Source: an uncultured archaeon
Lineage (GTDB): Archaea > Asgardarchaeota > Thorarchaeia > Thorarchaeales > Thorarchaeaceae
Assembly: GCA_964631415.1 (NCBI GenBank)
Contig: CAZVZC010000001.1
Coordinates: 119,042 to 183,041 of the forward strand
Direction of reading: 5' to 3'
DNA length: 64,000 nt
A program made the translations under genes and the position numbers. Below, piece by piece: positions 20,449 through 30,390 of the stretch. Every line of letters starts with the position of its first letter. Position 1 is the first letter of the stretch. Under the pieces are notes generated by a model. The model saw only the letters and a program-made list of their open reading frames with translations. It was not told where the DNA came from and searched no databases.

Positions 20449-21483
20449 TTGGGAACAAAGCTCGGCGATATAGTGAAGGCAGAAACAATCTCGCTGGGTC
20501 AGCTGAAAGGGCGGGCGATTGCCATAGATGCCTACAACACTCTCTATGCTTTCCTGTCGACCATACGCCAGCCTGACGGGACTCCATTGATGGACAAGAA
20601 AGGCCGTGTGACGAGTCATCTCAGTGGGCTGTTCTACAGAAACCTAAACTTGCTTGAGGCCGGCGTGCGTCCTGTCTACGTCTTTGATGGCGCCCCTCCA
20701 GTGCTCAAGGCCGATGAGATTCAGCGCCGACGAAGTCAGCGGGATGCCGCATTCAAAGCTTGGGAGATAGCCAGAGAAGAAGGCAGGATTGAAGATGCCC
20801 GACGAGCGGCTCAGGCAAGCTCACGACTCACATCAGAGATGGTTGAGGAGGGCAAGAAGGTGATTTCGGCGTTGGGGATTCCCATCGTCCAAGCGCCATC
20901 AGAGGGCGAGGCTGCTGCCGCGAAGATGGCGAGGGAAGGGCTTGTGTGGGCCAGCGCAAGTCAAGACAACGACTCGCTCCTCTATAACTGCCCTCGAATG
21001 ATACGCAACCTTACGATTAGCGGCAGGCGTCGTGTGGCGCGTTCGAAGTCGTACAAGACCATTGAGCCGGAGCTGATAGATTTAGACCTGAACCTGAAGC
21101 ACTTGGGTGTGACAAGGGAGCAGCTGATCGACATAGCCATCTTGGTGGGAACTGACTACAATCCCGGAGTAAAGGGTGTAGGTCAAAAGACTGCTCTGAA
21201 ACTGGTTCTGAAGCACGGTTCACTGGAGGGCATAATTGCTCAGACAGATACAACCCTTGACTTCCCATTCCTAGAGATTCGCAGCATCTTCCTGAACCCA
21301 CCTGCTGTAGACCTGAAGCCCTTGAAGTGGACTGTCTTGGATCCGGATCAGCTGACTCGGGTTCTGTGCGACGAGCATGACTTCAGTACGGAGAGAGTGC
21401 AGAGTTCAATCAAGAAGCTTCAGGAAAACCTAGAAGAAACTCTCGGTTCGACAGAGCAGAGTGCGTTGAGTGACTTCCTATGA
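20449..21483 (+). CDS. fen: Flap endonuclease 1
   Basis: AIDAYN, TSHLSGLFYR, VFDG, APSEGEA, GTDYN, C-terminal PIP box QSALSDFL. Confidence 0.97.
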   Translation: MGTKLGDIVKAETISLGQLKGRAIAIDAYNTLYAFLSTIRQPDGTPLMDKKGRVTSHLSGLFYRNLNLLEAGVRPVYVFDGAPPVLKADEIQRRRSQRDAAFKAWEIAREEGRIEDARRAAQASSRLTSEMVEEGKKVISALGIPIVQAPSEGEAAAAKMAREGLVWASASQDNDSLLYNCPRMIRNLTISGRRRVARSKSYKTIEPELIDLDLNLKHLGVTREQLIDIAILVGTDYNPGVKGVGQKTALKLVLKHGSLEGIIAQTDTTLDFPFLEIRSIFLNPPAVDLKPLKWTVLDPDQLTRVLCDEHDFSTERVQSSIKKLQENLEETLGSTEQSALSDFL

Positions 21484-21582
21484 TTGTCTGGCCTGAAACC
21501 GAGTAGGTGTTTGCCTGATAGTAGATTCCGAGAATGATAAATACCGACCTGTGCATCAAAAGATGCGGAAAGGGACCCACGA

Positions 21583-22272
21583 ATGCGTGACAGAATGACT
21601 GCAGTCCGTGCGTCTGTCGCTGACATAGTGAACGGTGAATACACCGAGGATGAGGGGGCTAAGGTGGTGTCTCCCTTCGGTGTTGAACTGAGGCGCGTGG
21701 TGCTGGTCGGCCTAGTGGTCAACAGGTACTCTGGACAGGGCTTTTCCAGTATCACCATAGATGATGGATCTCAGACGATTCGGGTAAAGGCCTGGCGAGA
21801 AGATGCTAGTTCCCTCGAGAAGATCAGTTCCGGTTCGCTTGTTCTTGTTGTCGGGAAGATACGGAAGTACAACGAAGAGATACACATTGCACCTGAGATC
21901 GTTCGTGAGCTGAACGACCCAAACTCCATGACTCTTCACACACTCGAGCGTCTTAGGGGTGTCATGACTCTAAGCGGAGTGTCAACTCCAGAAAGCTCTG
22001 GTCTTGAGGACGAGGAGATGGGCGCGGTCATCTCGGTGCAGAAGGAGTCAGGCCCTGTGGAAGATTCATCATCGGGGCTAAAGTTGAAACACATTCTGCA
22101 GTACATCCAGCAGAATGCACGGCCTGATGGCGTGCCAATCGAAGACATTGTCACGTTCTTTGGGACAAGAGGTCATGCAAAGACTGACATTCAGCTCAAG
22201 GTCATTGACCTTCAGGGGGAAGAGAAGATCAGAGAGGTCAAGGCCGGGCGCTACGTTCTAACCGAGCCGTGA
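21583..22272 (+). CDS. RPA32/Rpa2-like OB-fold protein with C-terminal winged helix
   Basis: ITIDDGSQTIRVKAW...VVGKIRKY OB fold, acidic linker, wH-like C-terminus. Confidence 0.8.
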   Translation: MRDRMTAVRASVADIVNGEYTEDEGAKVVSPFGVELRRVVLVGLVVNRYSGQGFSSITIDDGSQTIRVKAWREDASSLEKISSGSLVLVVGKIRKYNEEIHIAPEIVRELNDPNSMTLHTLERLRGVMTLSGVSTPESSGLEDEEMGAVISVQKESGPVEDSSSGLKLKHILQYIQQNARPDGVPIEDIVTFFGTRGHAKTDIQLKVIDLQGEEKIREVKAGRYVLTEP

Positions 22273-22357
22273 CCAATGCCATAATTCCGAGTCCTTTGCC
22301 CGACAGATACACTGCCCGAGCAGAAGCTTCAATAGTGCAAGCAACTTGCCCTCAAGC

Positions 22358-22771
22358 ATGGACAACTACGAGGAGATGCTCCAGAGGGCAAGGTCTCAAG
22401 TCCCTGTTGATGCGTTCAAGAGATCCGGCGAGCGGTTTCAAGTGCCCAAGGCTCAGCTTATGGTTCAGGGCAACAGAAGCCTCTGGCAGAACTTCCACGA
22501 GATTGTCGGCGTTGTGAATCGACCGGGAAAGGAGGTCCTCAAGTACATCTCCGGACAGCTTGCAACGGCAGGGACTTTCGAGGGCAGCAATGCCGTCTTC
22601 CAAGGCAAATTCACTTCCGATGCAGTCGATGATGTGCTGGCGCACTACATAGACTACTATGTCACGTGTCCTGTCTGCGGACGTCCTGACACAGCCGAAA
22701 TCAAGGACGAGAATGCATACTGGCTCCAGTGTTCGGCATGTGGTGCACGGACTTCCATAAGACCCGTCTAG
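22358..22771 (+). CDS. eif2b: Translation initiation factor aIF-2 beta
   Basis: YEEMLQRA, YVTCPVCGRPDT...CSACGA. Confidence 0.95.
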   Translation: MDNYEEMLQRARSQVPVDAFKRSGERFQVPKAQLMVQGNRSLWQNFHEIVGVVNRPGKEVLKYISGQLATAGTFEGSNAVFQGKFTSDAVDDVLAHYIDYYVTCPVCGRPDTAEIKDENAYWLQCSACGARTSIRPV

Positions 22772-23027
22772 ATCCCGTGTGGCACGGGCTGCTTGTTGCT
22801 CTGCAGACTCAGATGGTTTCTCGAAGCTGCGATGCAACGTGCGTCGTTGCTGAGTACGTCATTGCCGGTGCAATCCTTATGGCCACATAATCCTTTATAG
22901 CCCACAAGGGTACTGAGGGCTACTGGTGCTCTCAGAATCACAGTCATCAAAGAAACTCGAGGTCCACTTGCGAATTCCACAGCGGCAGTGTGAGTCGTTT
23001 CAGAGGTCTAAGCCTGGAGGTAATTGG

Positions 23028-23327
23028 TTGGTCGCCGTATACATGCGGGTGCGGAAAACACTCGAACACTACCTCGTGGCCATATGTGATGAGGCTCTGC
23101 TTGGTCAGACTCTAGTCCAAGGCAAGATTCGATTCAAGGTGAGCAAGGAGTTCTATGGGGGCGAACTCGTCGACATGGAGAAGTGTCTTGAACACCTAAA
23201 GAGAGCGACGATAGTGAACATGATCGGAAACAACACAGTGAAGGCCGCAATCGAAGCCGGAATTGTCCACAAGGGGGCCGTGCTGTACATCGACGGCCAT
23301 CCTCATGCACAGTGGGTCAGACTCTGA
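23028..23327 (+). CDS. DUF424 family protein
   Basis: LVAICDEALLG...FYGG...ATIVNMIG; TTG start after GGAGG. Confidence 0.85.
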   Translation: MVAVYMRVRKTLEHYLVAICDEALLGQTLVQGKIRFKVSKEFYGGELVDMEKCLEHLKRATIVNMIGNNTVKAAIEAGIVHKGAVLYIDGHPHAQWVRL

Positions 23328-23461
23328 TAGGCTGGTTCTTCTAGGCTGAGCCGGTCCGTGCGAACGACGGATGCCTTTCTCTCTGCTGACTCGAACTCGG
23401 ACGGGCCGCATAATACGTCCACGTTTTAAGCAGAGTACATGATGGAGCACTGGCGATCGCC

Positions 23462-24568
23462 TTGAAGGCACCATGTTATCTCTGTGGCAAGGATGCCGTG
23501 TTAGATGGTCTGTGCGCCGAATGCTACGACAAAGAGCATCCTCTGATACGAGTTACTTCCCCATTGGAGATAGTTGCCTGTAAGCGATGCGGTTCCGTCA
23601 AGATACCCGGTGGCTGGAGGACAGTACCACTCTCGTCCTCGGAGTCAGACGAGCTAGTACGCAGACAGATAGATATTCTACTCTCGCGAGAGATTGAACG
23701 TTTCACGAATGACGTCGAAATCACTTATGATATCGAGAACCGGCTCGACAGGGTCGTGTACATCAGGGTCAAAGCCGCCGGTAGGTCTCATGCATCCCTA
23801 GAACCTCATACTGAAGAGTATCCTGTCGAGGTACGTCAGAGCTACCTGACATGTGACACCTGCGGCTTGATGAGTGGCGGCTATCACGAGGCCATTCTTC
23901 AGATCAGGGCGGACGGCCGCGATGTGACCGACATAGAGGAAGAGGAGATTCTTTCCATCGTCACCCAGATTGCTGAGAAGGAGTATGGAAAGGACGCCAA
24001 GGCCTTCGCAGCTGAAACCAAGAGGACGAGGCTTGGTTTTGACTTCAAGATGGGCTCTGATCATATGTGCCGGCTCGTAGCAGACGAATTGCAGTCTAGA
24101 TACCTTGCTGATAGGAAAGAGAACTACAAGCTGATCGGGCAAGAACATGGAGGGAAAGGAAAGTATCGCGTGACAATACTGCTAAGACTGCCGCGATGGG
24201 TCGTAGGTGATTTCGTGAGGGTTGCAGGCAGACCTTGCCAAGTGACATCAATCAACCGGAACGGTGCGACCTGTCAAGACCTGGCTGATGGTCAGAGATC
24301 CACAATAAACCCCAAGAGTTCGAAGTGGCGCACACTGGAATTCTTGGCACCCCAGTCTGTTAAACGCGAGTACATGGTTCTATCTCGAGCGTACGGGCAG
24401 TCTGTTCAGCTTATGGATGCAAAGACATTCGCAATGGTAGAAGTTGAGGAAACCCCGCTGAGTTCGGAGTGGCGCTCAGGAATCAAGGTGTTTCTGGCTG
24501 AGATAGATGGTGCCCTCTACCCCCTGCCCGAGTCGGCTGCCCTTGAATCCGACACCGGGGAGGAATGA
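23462..24568 (+). CDS. nmd3: NMD3 family large-subunit maturation factor
   Basis: Four CxxC pairs, GGYHEAILQIRA. Confidence 0.9.
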   Translation: MKAPCYLCGKDAVLDGLCAECYDKEHPLIRVTSPLEIVACKRCGSVKIPGGWRTVPLSSSESDELVRRQIDILLSREIERFTNDVEITYDIENRLDRVVYIRVKAAGRSHASLEPHTEEYPVEVRQSYLTCDTCGLMSGGYHEAILQIRADGRDVTDIEEEEILSIVTQIAEKEYGKDAKAFAAETKRTRLGFDFKMGSDHMCRLVADELQSRYLADRKENYKLIGQEHGGKGKYRVTILLRLPRWVVGDFVRVAGRPCQVTSINRNGATCQDLADGQRSTINPKSSKWRTLEFLAPQSVKREYMVLSRAYGQSVQLMDAKTFAMVEVEETPLSSEWRSGIKVFLAEIDGALYPLPESAALESDTGEE

Positions 24569-24735
24569 TGGCTGTTCCCGTCGTACGAAATGTCTTAGCA
24601 CGGATGTGACAGAAACCACTCGACCAATCTCTGTGCGAGGCCTGAGCTGCCAAAGATGAATTGAATGGATTTGTGTCGCTACGCTTAAATGCCAACGGAC
24701 CCACCCGATGAGAAAGGCCCCCGATACCCCACCGT

Positions 24736-25092
24736 ATGGCCGCTCAATGGATGATCACATTGTCTGACGACAAAGGCGTAGCTCATGACTCTGACTCCTC
24801 GTCTGAGGAACTGATAAGGGTGAGAGTACCCAAGCGGAACGAGGGAGAGATGTTTGGAGTAATAGTGCAGATGCTTGGCTTCGACAGGGTCAGAGTCAGG
24901 TGTGAAGACGGAGAAGTTCGCGTTGGCCGGATTCCGGGTCGTATGAAGAAGCGTGTCTGGATGCGAGTTGGGGACACGGTGTTGGTCGTGCCGTGGGACT
25001 TCCAGTCAGATCAGAAGTGTGACGTGATCTGGCGATACCGTGATAATGAGCTTGACTGGCTGAAGAAGAAAGGCATTCTCAAGATGTTCTGA
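24736..25092 (+). CDS. eif1a: Translation initiation factor aIF-1A
   Basis: GRIPGRMKKRVWMRVGDTVLVVPWDFQ; start uncertain. Confidence 0.95.
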   Translation: MAAQWMITLSDDKGVAHDSDSSSEELIRVRVPKRNEGEMFGVIVQMLGFDRVRVRCEDGEVRVGRIPGRMKKRVWMRVGDTVLVVPWDFQSDQKCDVIWRYRDNELDWLKKKGILKMF

Positions 25093-25145
25093 AGTCGTAA
25101 CTTCTCATTCATCCGAACCTTACGTGACATTGTGCAGGGCCCGGA

Positions 25146-25955
25146 TTGCGAGGACTGAGCCGCGAGTTGAAACGTGTCGATACCAAATACAGGGAGATAG
25201 AGTCAGACATTGAGCGCCGGAGGACAAAACGGCGCAAGGATGATGACGAGCTGAAGGTTGTAGAGGGCGTAATAGATCCCCCAACACTCAAGGCAGTATA
25301 TCGACTACTCAGTCGTGGCACGCTTCATGCGCTCTACGGTGCAATCAGCACAGGCAAGGAGGCCAATGTATACAGGGGTGTGGATTCTGATGGCAAGTCT
25401 CTGGCCGTGAAGATATACCGGGTGACCACGGCAGAGTCTGACTTCATGCTAGAGTATATCGTTGGTGATCCCCGGTTCAAGAACGTCAAACGTAGGCATA
25501 GATCGTTGATTCCTATGTGGGCTATGAAGGAATACAAGAATCTCCAGCGCTACCATGAGGCAGGAGTGCGAGTACCACGACCGATTGCCATACAGCGGAA
25601 TGTGCTGGTAATGGAGTTCATAGGTGACGTTGATGAGGGTGTGCCTGCACCTTTGTTGAAAAACGTTACAATCCCATCGCCGGCCGATACTTTCGACGAG
25701 GTAATAGGGATGATTGACTTGGCATACAAGAAGGCTGGCTTAGTGCACGCAGACCTAAGTGAGTACAACATCCTGTGGTACAATGGACCCGTCTTCATTG
25801 ACGTGTCGCAGTCTGTACTCACGAATCATGAAAATGCAGAGCGGTATCTCTATCGAGACCTTGAAAACGTCACTGCATACTTCCAGAAGCTGGGCGTAGA
25901 AACCGAGGACCCCAAGGTCATAATGAAATACATCGTTACCCCTGGTGAAGCATGA
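25146..25955 (+). CDS. rio1: Rio1 atypical Ser/Thr kinase
   Basis: ISTGKEANVY, AVKIY, VHADLSEYNIL, IDVSQSV. Confidence 0.95.
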   Translation: MRGLSRELKRVDTKYREIESDIERRRTKRRKDDDELKVVEGVIDPPTLKAVYRLLSRGTLHALYGAISTGKEANVYRGVDSDGKSLAVKIYRVTTAESDFMLEYIVGDPRFKNVKRRHRSLIPMWAMKEYKNLQRYHEAGVRVPRPIAIQRNVLVMEFIGDVDEGVPAPLLKNVTIPSPADTFDEVIGMIDLAYKKAGLVHADLSEYNILWYNGPVFIDVSQSVLTNHENAERYLYRDLENVTAYFQKLGVETEDPKVIMKYIVTPGEA

Positions 25956-26517
25956 GATGGCGTTTCAGGAAACTATCAGAGTGCCGGCAGACAGGGTTGG
26001 CGTGATTGTCGGTCGTGACGGTAGAGTCAAGAGAAGAGTCGAGCAGTTGACGAACGCGCGGATAGAAGTCACTCCAGACGGAGTTGTCACTATAACAGGT
26101 TCTACCGAAACCGCCAACCCGGTCCTCACTTGGAAGGCTCGTGACATTGTCCGTGCAATGGCGAGAGGGTTCAGCCCCAGGAACGCGTTGACTCTCATCG
26201 ACGAGGATGCGAGGCTCGTCGTAATATCACTACGTGACAGTGTCGGGTCGTCTCCAGACCAGCTGAAGAGAGTGGCAGGTAGAATAATAGGAGAGAGCGG
26301 CCGGACTAGGAGGGTGGTTGAGGAGATCACTGAAACCAAAGTCTGTGTCTACGGTCGGACCGTTTCCATGATTGGGACTGACCCCGGGCTAGAGTATGCC
26401 ACACGAGCACTCACTATGTTAGTTGAGGGTGCACCCCATGCAGTGGTCTACAAGTATCTTGAGAAGATGCGCCGAGAGATGAACCGTCAGAAGGCCGAGC
26501 TTTGGGATACGGCCTGA
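25945..26517 (+). CDS. dim2: KH-domain pre-rRNA processing protein (Dim2/Pno1/Krr1 family)
   Basis: Two GxxG KH loops, RGFSP, GAPHAVVY. Confidence 0.9.
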   Translation: MKHEMAFQETIRVPADRVGVIVGRDGRVKRRVEQLTNARIEVTPDGVVTITGSTETANPVLTWKARDIVRAMARGFSPRNALTLIDEDARLVVISLRDSVGSSPDQLKRVAGRIIGESGRTRRVVEEITETKVCVYGRTVSMIGTDPGLEYATRALTMLVEGAPHAVVYKYLEKMRREMNRQKAELWDTA

Positions 26518-26585
26518 ACGTGATGAGCACGTCAATGTAATACCCGGCTCTAATAGGGCTCGCCCTTATCTGCGACCTGAGCAGC

Positions 26586-28100
26586 ATGAGCCAACAGATA
26601 TCTGGCGGAGAGGCATTCACAAGCATTTCTCCTGCCGAGTTCTTCTACCGGAACCGTCAGATGGCAGGTTTCGGCAACTCAACACTCGCAGTCTACTCGA
26701 CGGTGAGAGAGCTCGTTGAGAACAGCCTCGATGCATGCGATGACTCTGGACGTCTTCCTATCGTGACTGTTGACATTACCACAAAGGATTCGGACTTAGT
26801 TTCGGTCACCGTTTCGGACAATGGCACAGGAGTTCCGTACGAGCATGTTGCAGAGGCCTTTGGGAAAGTGCTCTTTGGCAACAAGTACAGCGCAAGACAG
26901 AGGCGTGGGACTTTCGGTCTTGGTGCCACGATGGCTGCCTTGTATGGGCAAGTGACCACCGATTGTCCTTTGGAGGTGCACACTCAAACAGGAGAGTCTA
27001 CAGGCAAAGCATACCGGTTGTTCATTGATATAGAACAAAATGTACCCGTCGTAGACACAATAACAGATCTCAGTAGGGACGGCCCGGGTACATCTGTCAC
27101 AGTCCATCTGAAAGGTGACTTCAAGCGTGCACAGGACCGTGTCCTCGAGTACCTTCGAATGACTAGTGTTACCAGTCCTCATGCAAGATTACTGCTCCGA
27201 GTCAATGCAGTCACACAGGCTGAATTCGGCCACTGGACTGATACTCTGCCGAAGCCAACCACGGCTTCGAAGCCTCATCCTAGGGCCGCAGATGTTGAGC
27301 TACTGAAAAGGATGATTGCAGACAACAATGAGAAGCGGCTGAAGGACTTCCTAACAAGCTCATTCCAGCAGATTGGAGATCGCACGGTGTCAAGATTGCT
27401 CAAGTACGTGTTCCTTGACCCTCGCAAGAATGTTGGATCGTTCACACGTGAGGAGGTATCCCATCTGAGCGCGGCGCTCCGCAGCTTCGATGGCTTCGGC
27501 CGTCCCGAGGCTGACTGCCTGAGCCCGCTGGGCAAGGAGGTCTTTATGACGTCAGTAGGCGCGACGTTCGAAGTGTCGTTCAGCGCATACTCAAAAAGAG
27601 AGCCGTCTGAATGGGATGGAAATCCCTTCATCATCGAAGGGGTCTTGGCAATCGGACCTAGATTTCCTCCGTCTGAGGTCCCGACCCTCTACAGGTTCGC
27701 CAACAGGGTTCCTCTGCTCTACGACTCGAGCGAGGACGTCTTCATGAGAGTACTGAAGAAGATTGACTGGACTCGATATGGTCTGACCGTTCCTCAGTCA
27801 GTTTCGGTGTTTGTTCATTTGTGCTCTACGCGAGTACCCTATAGAGCCGCTGGAAAACAGTCGATAGCTCCAATTCCCGAGATTGAGGCAGAAGCACTCC
27901 CTTTCTTTAGAGAGCTGGGAAGGGCTTTATCCAAATCGGCGGAGAGGGTAGCGCGTTCGGCCCACGATATCAAGAAACGCCGGGAGTTCATCAAGTCCTT
28001 TGGAATGGTGGCAGGATTCGGAGCAGCTCTAGCCGAGTCAGAACCCCCACCTACTGACCATCTTGTAGCTTCTCTCTTCGAGGTGAACGATGATGTCTGA
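26586..28100 (+). CDS. top6B: DNA topoisomerase VI subunit B
   Basis: ISPAEFF, ELVENSLDA, DNGTG, RGxFGLG GHKL motifs, RFANRVPL. Confidence 0.95.
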   Translation: MSQQISGGEAFTSISPAEFFYRNRQMAGFGNSTLAVYSTVRELVENSLDACDDSGRLPIVTVDITTKDSDLVSVTVSDNGTGVPYEHVAEAFGKVLFGNKYSARQRRGTFGLGATMAALYGQVTTDCPLEVHTQTGESTGKAYRLFIDIEQNVPVVDTITDLSRDGPGTSVTVHLKGDFKRAQDRVLEYLRMTSVTSPHARLLLRVNAVTQAEFGHWTDTLPKPTTASKPHPRAADVELLKRMIADNNEKRLKDFLTSSFQQIGDRTVSRLLKYVFLDPRKNVGSFTREEVSHLSAALRSFDGFGRPEADCLSPLGKEVFMTSVGATFEVSFSAYSKREPSEWDGNPFIIEGVLAIGPRFPPSEVPTLYRFANRVPLLYDSSEDVFMRVLKKIDWTRYGLTVPQSVSVFVHLCSTRVPYRAAGKQSIAPIPEIEAEALPFFRELGRALSKSAERVARSAHDIKKRREFIKSFGMVAGFGAALAESEPPPTDHLVASLFEVNDDV

Positions 28101-29145
28101 TGTCACTGCCCCTCAAAATGCTCTCACGCTACTGGGAAGACGAGTCGTCCAGAGCATCATTGAAGGCAGCTTTCCCACGCTAGAGATACCAGATCGAAGT
28201 ACTGAGAACATAGTTTTCGACCCAGATCAGCGTCAGTTCGTCCTTGGTGGTTCTCGAGTGGTAAGGGACTCGAGCAACATCAGGCATGTCAAGAGCTTCG
28301 CGCAGCTGCTCTGGACTGCATACTTCGCGAAGGAACTGCTAAAGGCCTCTCGCACTAGCACGCTCAGAGACCTGTACTACTCAAGTGAGGCCTTCGGCGT
28401 GAAGTTCACAGACCAATCCGAGTCGGACCGTGTTGTTACCGATCTAGAGTCCCTGACTGGTCTCGCTCGAGAAGACTTTGGTGTGTTCCCAGAGGAGCAC
28501 TCATCGGTCTATGGGCAGGTGACGATGCGCTACACGGTGCCAGGTTATGATGGGCGCGAGGTGGAACTGACTGTTAGCCCCGATGGGCTGCCTATTGGCC
28601 CTGCACTGATGACAGCAGAGCCTGTCAGAACCGACGCTGAGATTGTACTGGCAGTTGAGTCCGGTGGGATGTTTGGGCGATTGATAGAAACGCGGGCTTG
28701 GGAGCGGTTCAGGGCGGTTCTAGTTCAGCTCGGAGGACAGCCACCAAGGTCTACGCGCCGGCTGATGCGTCGTCTTCACGAGGCGCTAGGACTGCCGGTT
28801 TACATATTCACAGATGGCGACCCTTGGGGTATGCATATTGCCCAAGTCATCATCACCGGCAGTGCAAATGCCGCTCATGTCAGAGGGCTCACTGTGCCGG
28901 ATGCCAAGTGGATAGGAGTCACTCCTGCTGATATCAGCAACTATTCCCTTCCGACCGAACAAATGAACGATGCCGATCTCAAGAGATTGGATGAGTTGAC
29001 CCAAGACCTGAGATACGCGGACAGTGCTTGGCAGGAACACATTCGGGGTTTCAGAGAGCTACGACGAAAGGCGGAACAACAGGCTTTCAGCAGGTATGGC
29101 ATGGACTATGTCGTTGATACATATCTGCCAGACAAGCTACACTAG
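28090..29145 (+). CDS. top6A: DNA topoisomerase VI subunit A (Spo11-like)
   Basis: TLRDLYY catalytic Tyr, TOPRIM Glu and DGDPWG, KAEQQA. Confidence 0.95.
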   Translation: MMSDVTAPQNALTLLGRRVVQSIIEGSFPTLEIPDRSTENIVFDPDQRQFVLGGSRVVRDSSNIRHVKSFAQLLWTAYFAKELLKASRTSTLRDLYYSSEAFGVKFTDQSESDRVVTDLESLTGLAREDFGVFPEEHSSVYGQVTMRYTVPGYDGREVELTVSPDGLPIGPALMTAEPVRTDAEIVLAVESGGMFGRLIETRAWERFRAVLVQLGGQPPRSTRRLMRRLHEALGLPVYIFTDGDPWGMHIAQVIITGSANAAHVRGLTVPDAKWIGVTPADISNYSLPTEQMNDADLKRLDELTQDLRYADSAWQEHIRGFRELRRKAEQQAFSRYGMDYVVDTYLPDKLH

Positions 29146-30179
29146 AGCCATCCAATCCCCAACGGGTATGCCAACAGAAGCAAGAGGACGCCTGAGTAGG
29201 CAAGCACTGCTTGGAGCAGGACAAGCAGCATGACGTTCTTCTTCTCAGTCATTCTCTTGGAGAGATACGGCAGTAACCAGTACATCGTGAATGGTCCGGC
29301 TACTTCCAGCGTTCCGTCAGGACGCGGCGATGCGAACTTTGCATACTTCGCACCAGAACGTTTGACATGTATTCTGTATATGATATACATCACGAAGTTC
29401 GCAAGGTAAGTAATGAAGAGTATCGCAGCCAGCCTGTCCATGTTGCCGAGTATGAGTGCAGCGGCCATCGTTGCTCCCAGTGGCAGAATGCCGACGTCGC
29501 CTGACAACACCCTTGCGGGATACCAATTGAAAACCAAGAACGCAACGGATGCCCCAAGTAGTGCACCTGCGATGGTTGCTGCGTCAATCTGCGCCTGTGC
29601 GGTGCTCCCTGGTGTGAAGAATGGTGACAGAACCACATAGACCACCAGTGCTGAGGAATTCACACTGGCTAGTCCCGCCTCAAGACCGTTCATGCCGGCA
29701 TACATATTGGTGGCATCGATTATGAAGGTCGTCATGAGAGGTACTACGACGAGCGGGTACAGTATGCCTAGATTCACTGTGCCTATCAGCGGCAACGAAA
29801 AGGTCGGAGTGCCTACACTCATAGCAACCATGGGAATCGACGCGAGCAGAGGGAGGGCGATCTTTGTCCTGTTTCTGAAGTCCAAGTTGTCATCAAGCAA
29901 CCCAATCAGCCCTGCCATCAGGATAGACACCAGCGCCGCCATGAGCGATGGAGCAACAACCTCTTGCTCCTCAAACGTGGTGATTCCGATGACAATCAGC
30001 AGCGCTGTCACTACCGCAAAGAGCACGATGATGCCGCCCCCCTTTGGTATCACTGGTCTTTCCGGTTTATGGACATCAATCCCCGTCTTACCTTTCTCGA
30101 TGAGCATCCTGATAGTGCTAGGCATAGCTATTATCACGAACACGAATGCAATCACAATGGCAACCAGAATCATGAGCAT
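29142..30179 (-). CDS. aglH: UDP-GlcNAc:polyprenyl-phosphate GlcNAc-1-P transferase (AglH/Alg7/GPT, MraY-like)
   Basis: GIDVHKP...PKGGG, GLLDD, NMYAGMNGLEAG, FNWYPARVLSGDVG; about 10 TM. Confidence 0.85.
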   Translation of the reverse strand: MLMILVAIVIAFVFVIIAMPSTIRMLIEKGKTGIDVHKPERPVIPKGGGIIVLFAVVTALLIVIGITTFEEQEVVAPSLMAALVSILMAGLIGLLDDNLDFRNRTKIALPLLASIPMVAMSVGTPTFSLPLIGTVNLGILYPLVVVPLMTTFIIDATNMYAGMNGLEAGLASVNSSALVVYVVLSPFFTPGSTAQAQIDAATIAGALLGASVAFLVFNWYPARVLSGDVGILPLGATMAAALILGNMDRLAAILFITYLANFVMYIIYRIHVKRSGAKYAKFASPRPDGTLEVAGPFTMYWLLPYLSKRMTEKKNVMLLVLLQAVLAYSGVLLLLLAYPLGIGWL

Positions 30180-30276
30180 GCTAGAGTCTTCCGGGTCGGG
30201 CTGACTCTGGCTGGGTTTTACACTTTTCGGATAATGACTGCTCTGCCATGCTATTCTTTCTGATGTCGAAGGTACA

Positions 30277-30303
30277 TTTCGTGTATGTACGAAACGTATT
30301 TAA
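30277..30303. promoter_or_regulatory. Inverted repeat abutting a TATA-like box in the aglH / ribophorin-like divergent promoter
   Basis: TTTCGT-N6-ACGAAA (30277-30294) followed by TATTTAA. Confidence 0.4.
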
Positions 30304-30390
30304 CGACTCCAGAAACTCGACCGCATCGTTTGCGACTGGGCCAGCCCAGAGGCGACAAGTCGCTGAGAACCTCGTCTGCGGTGACAAGTC

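Noticed and set aside
26520-26580. GTGATGA...CTGA between dim2 and top6B as a C/D box sRNA
   Set aside because: Length fits, but there are no recognisable D'/C' boxes and I could not identify a guide target.
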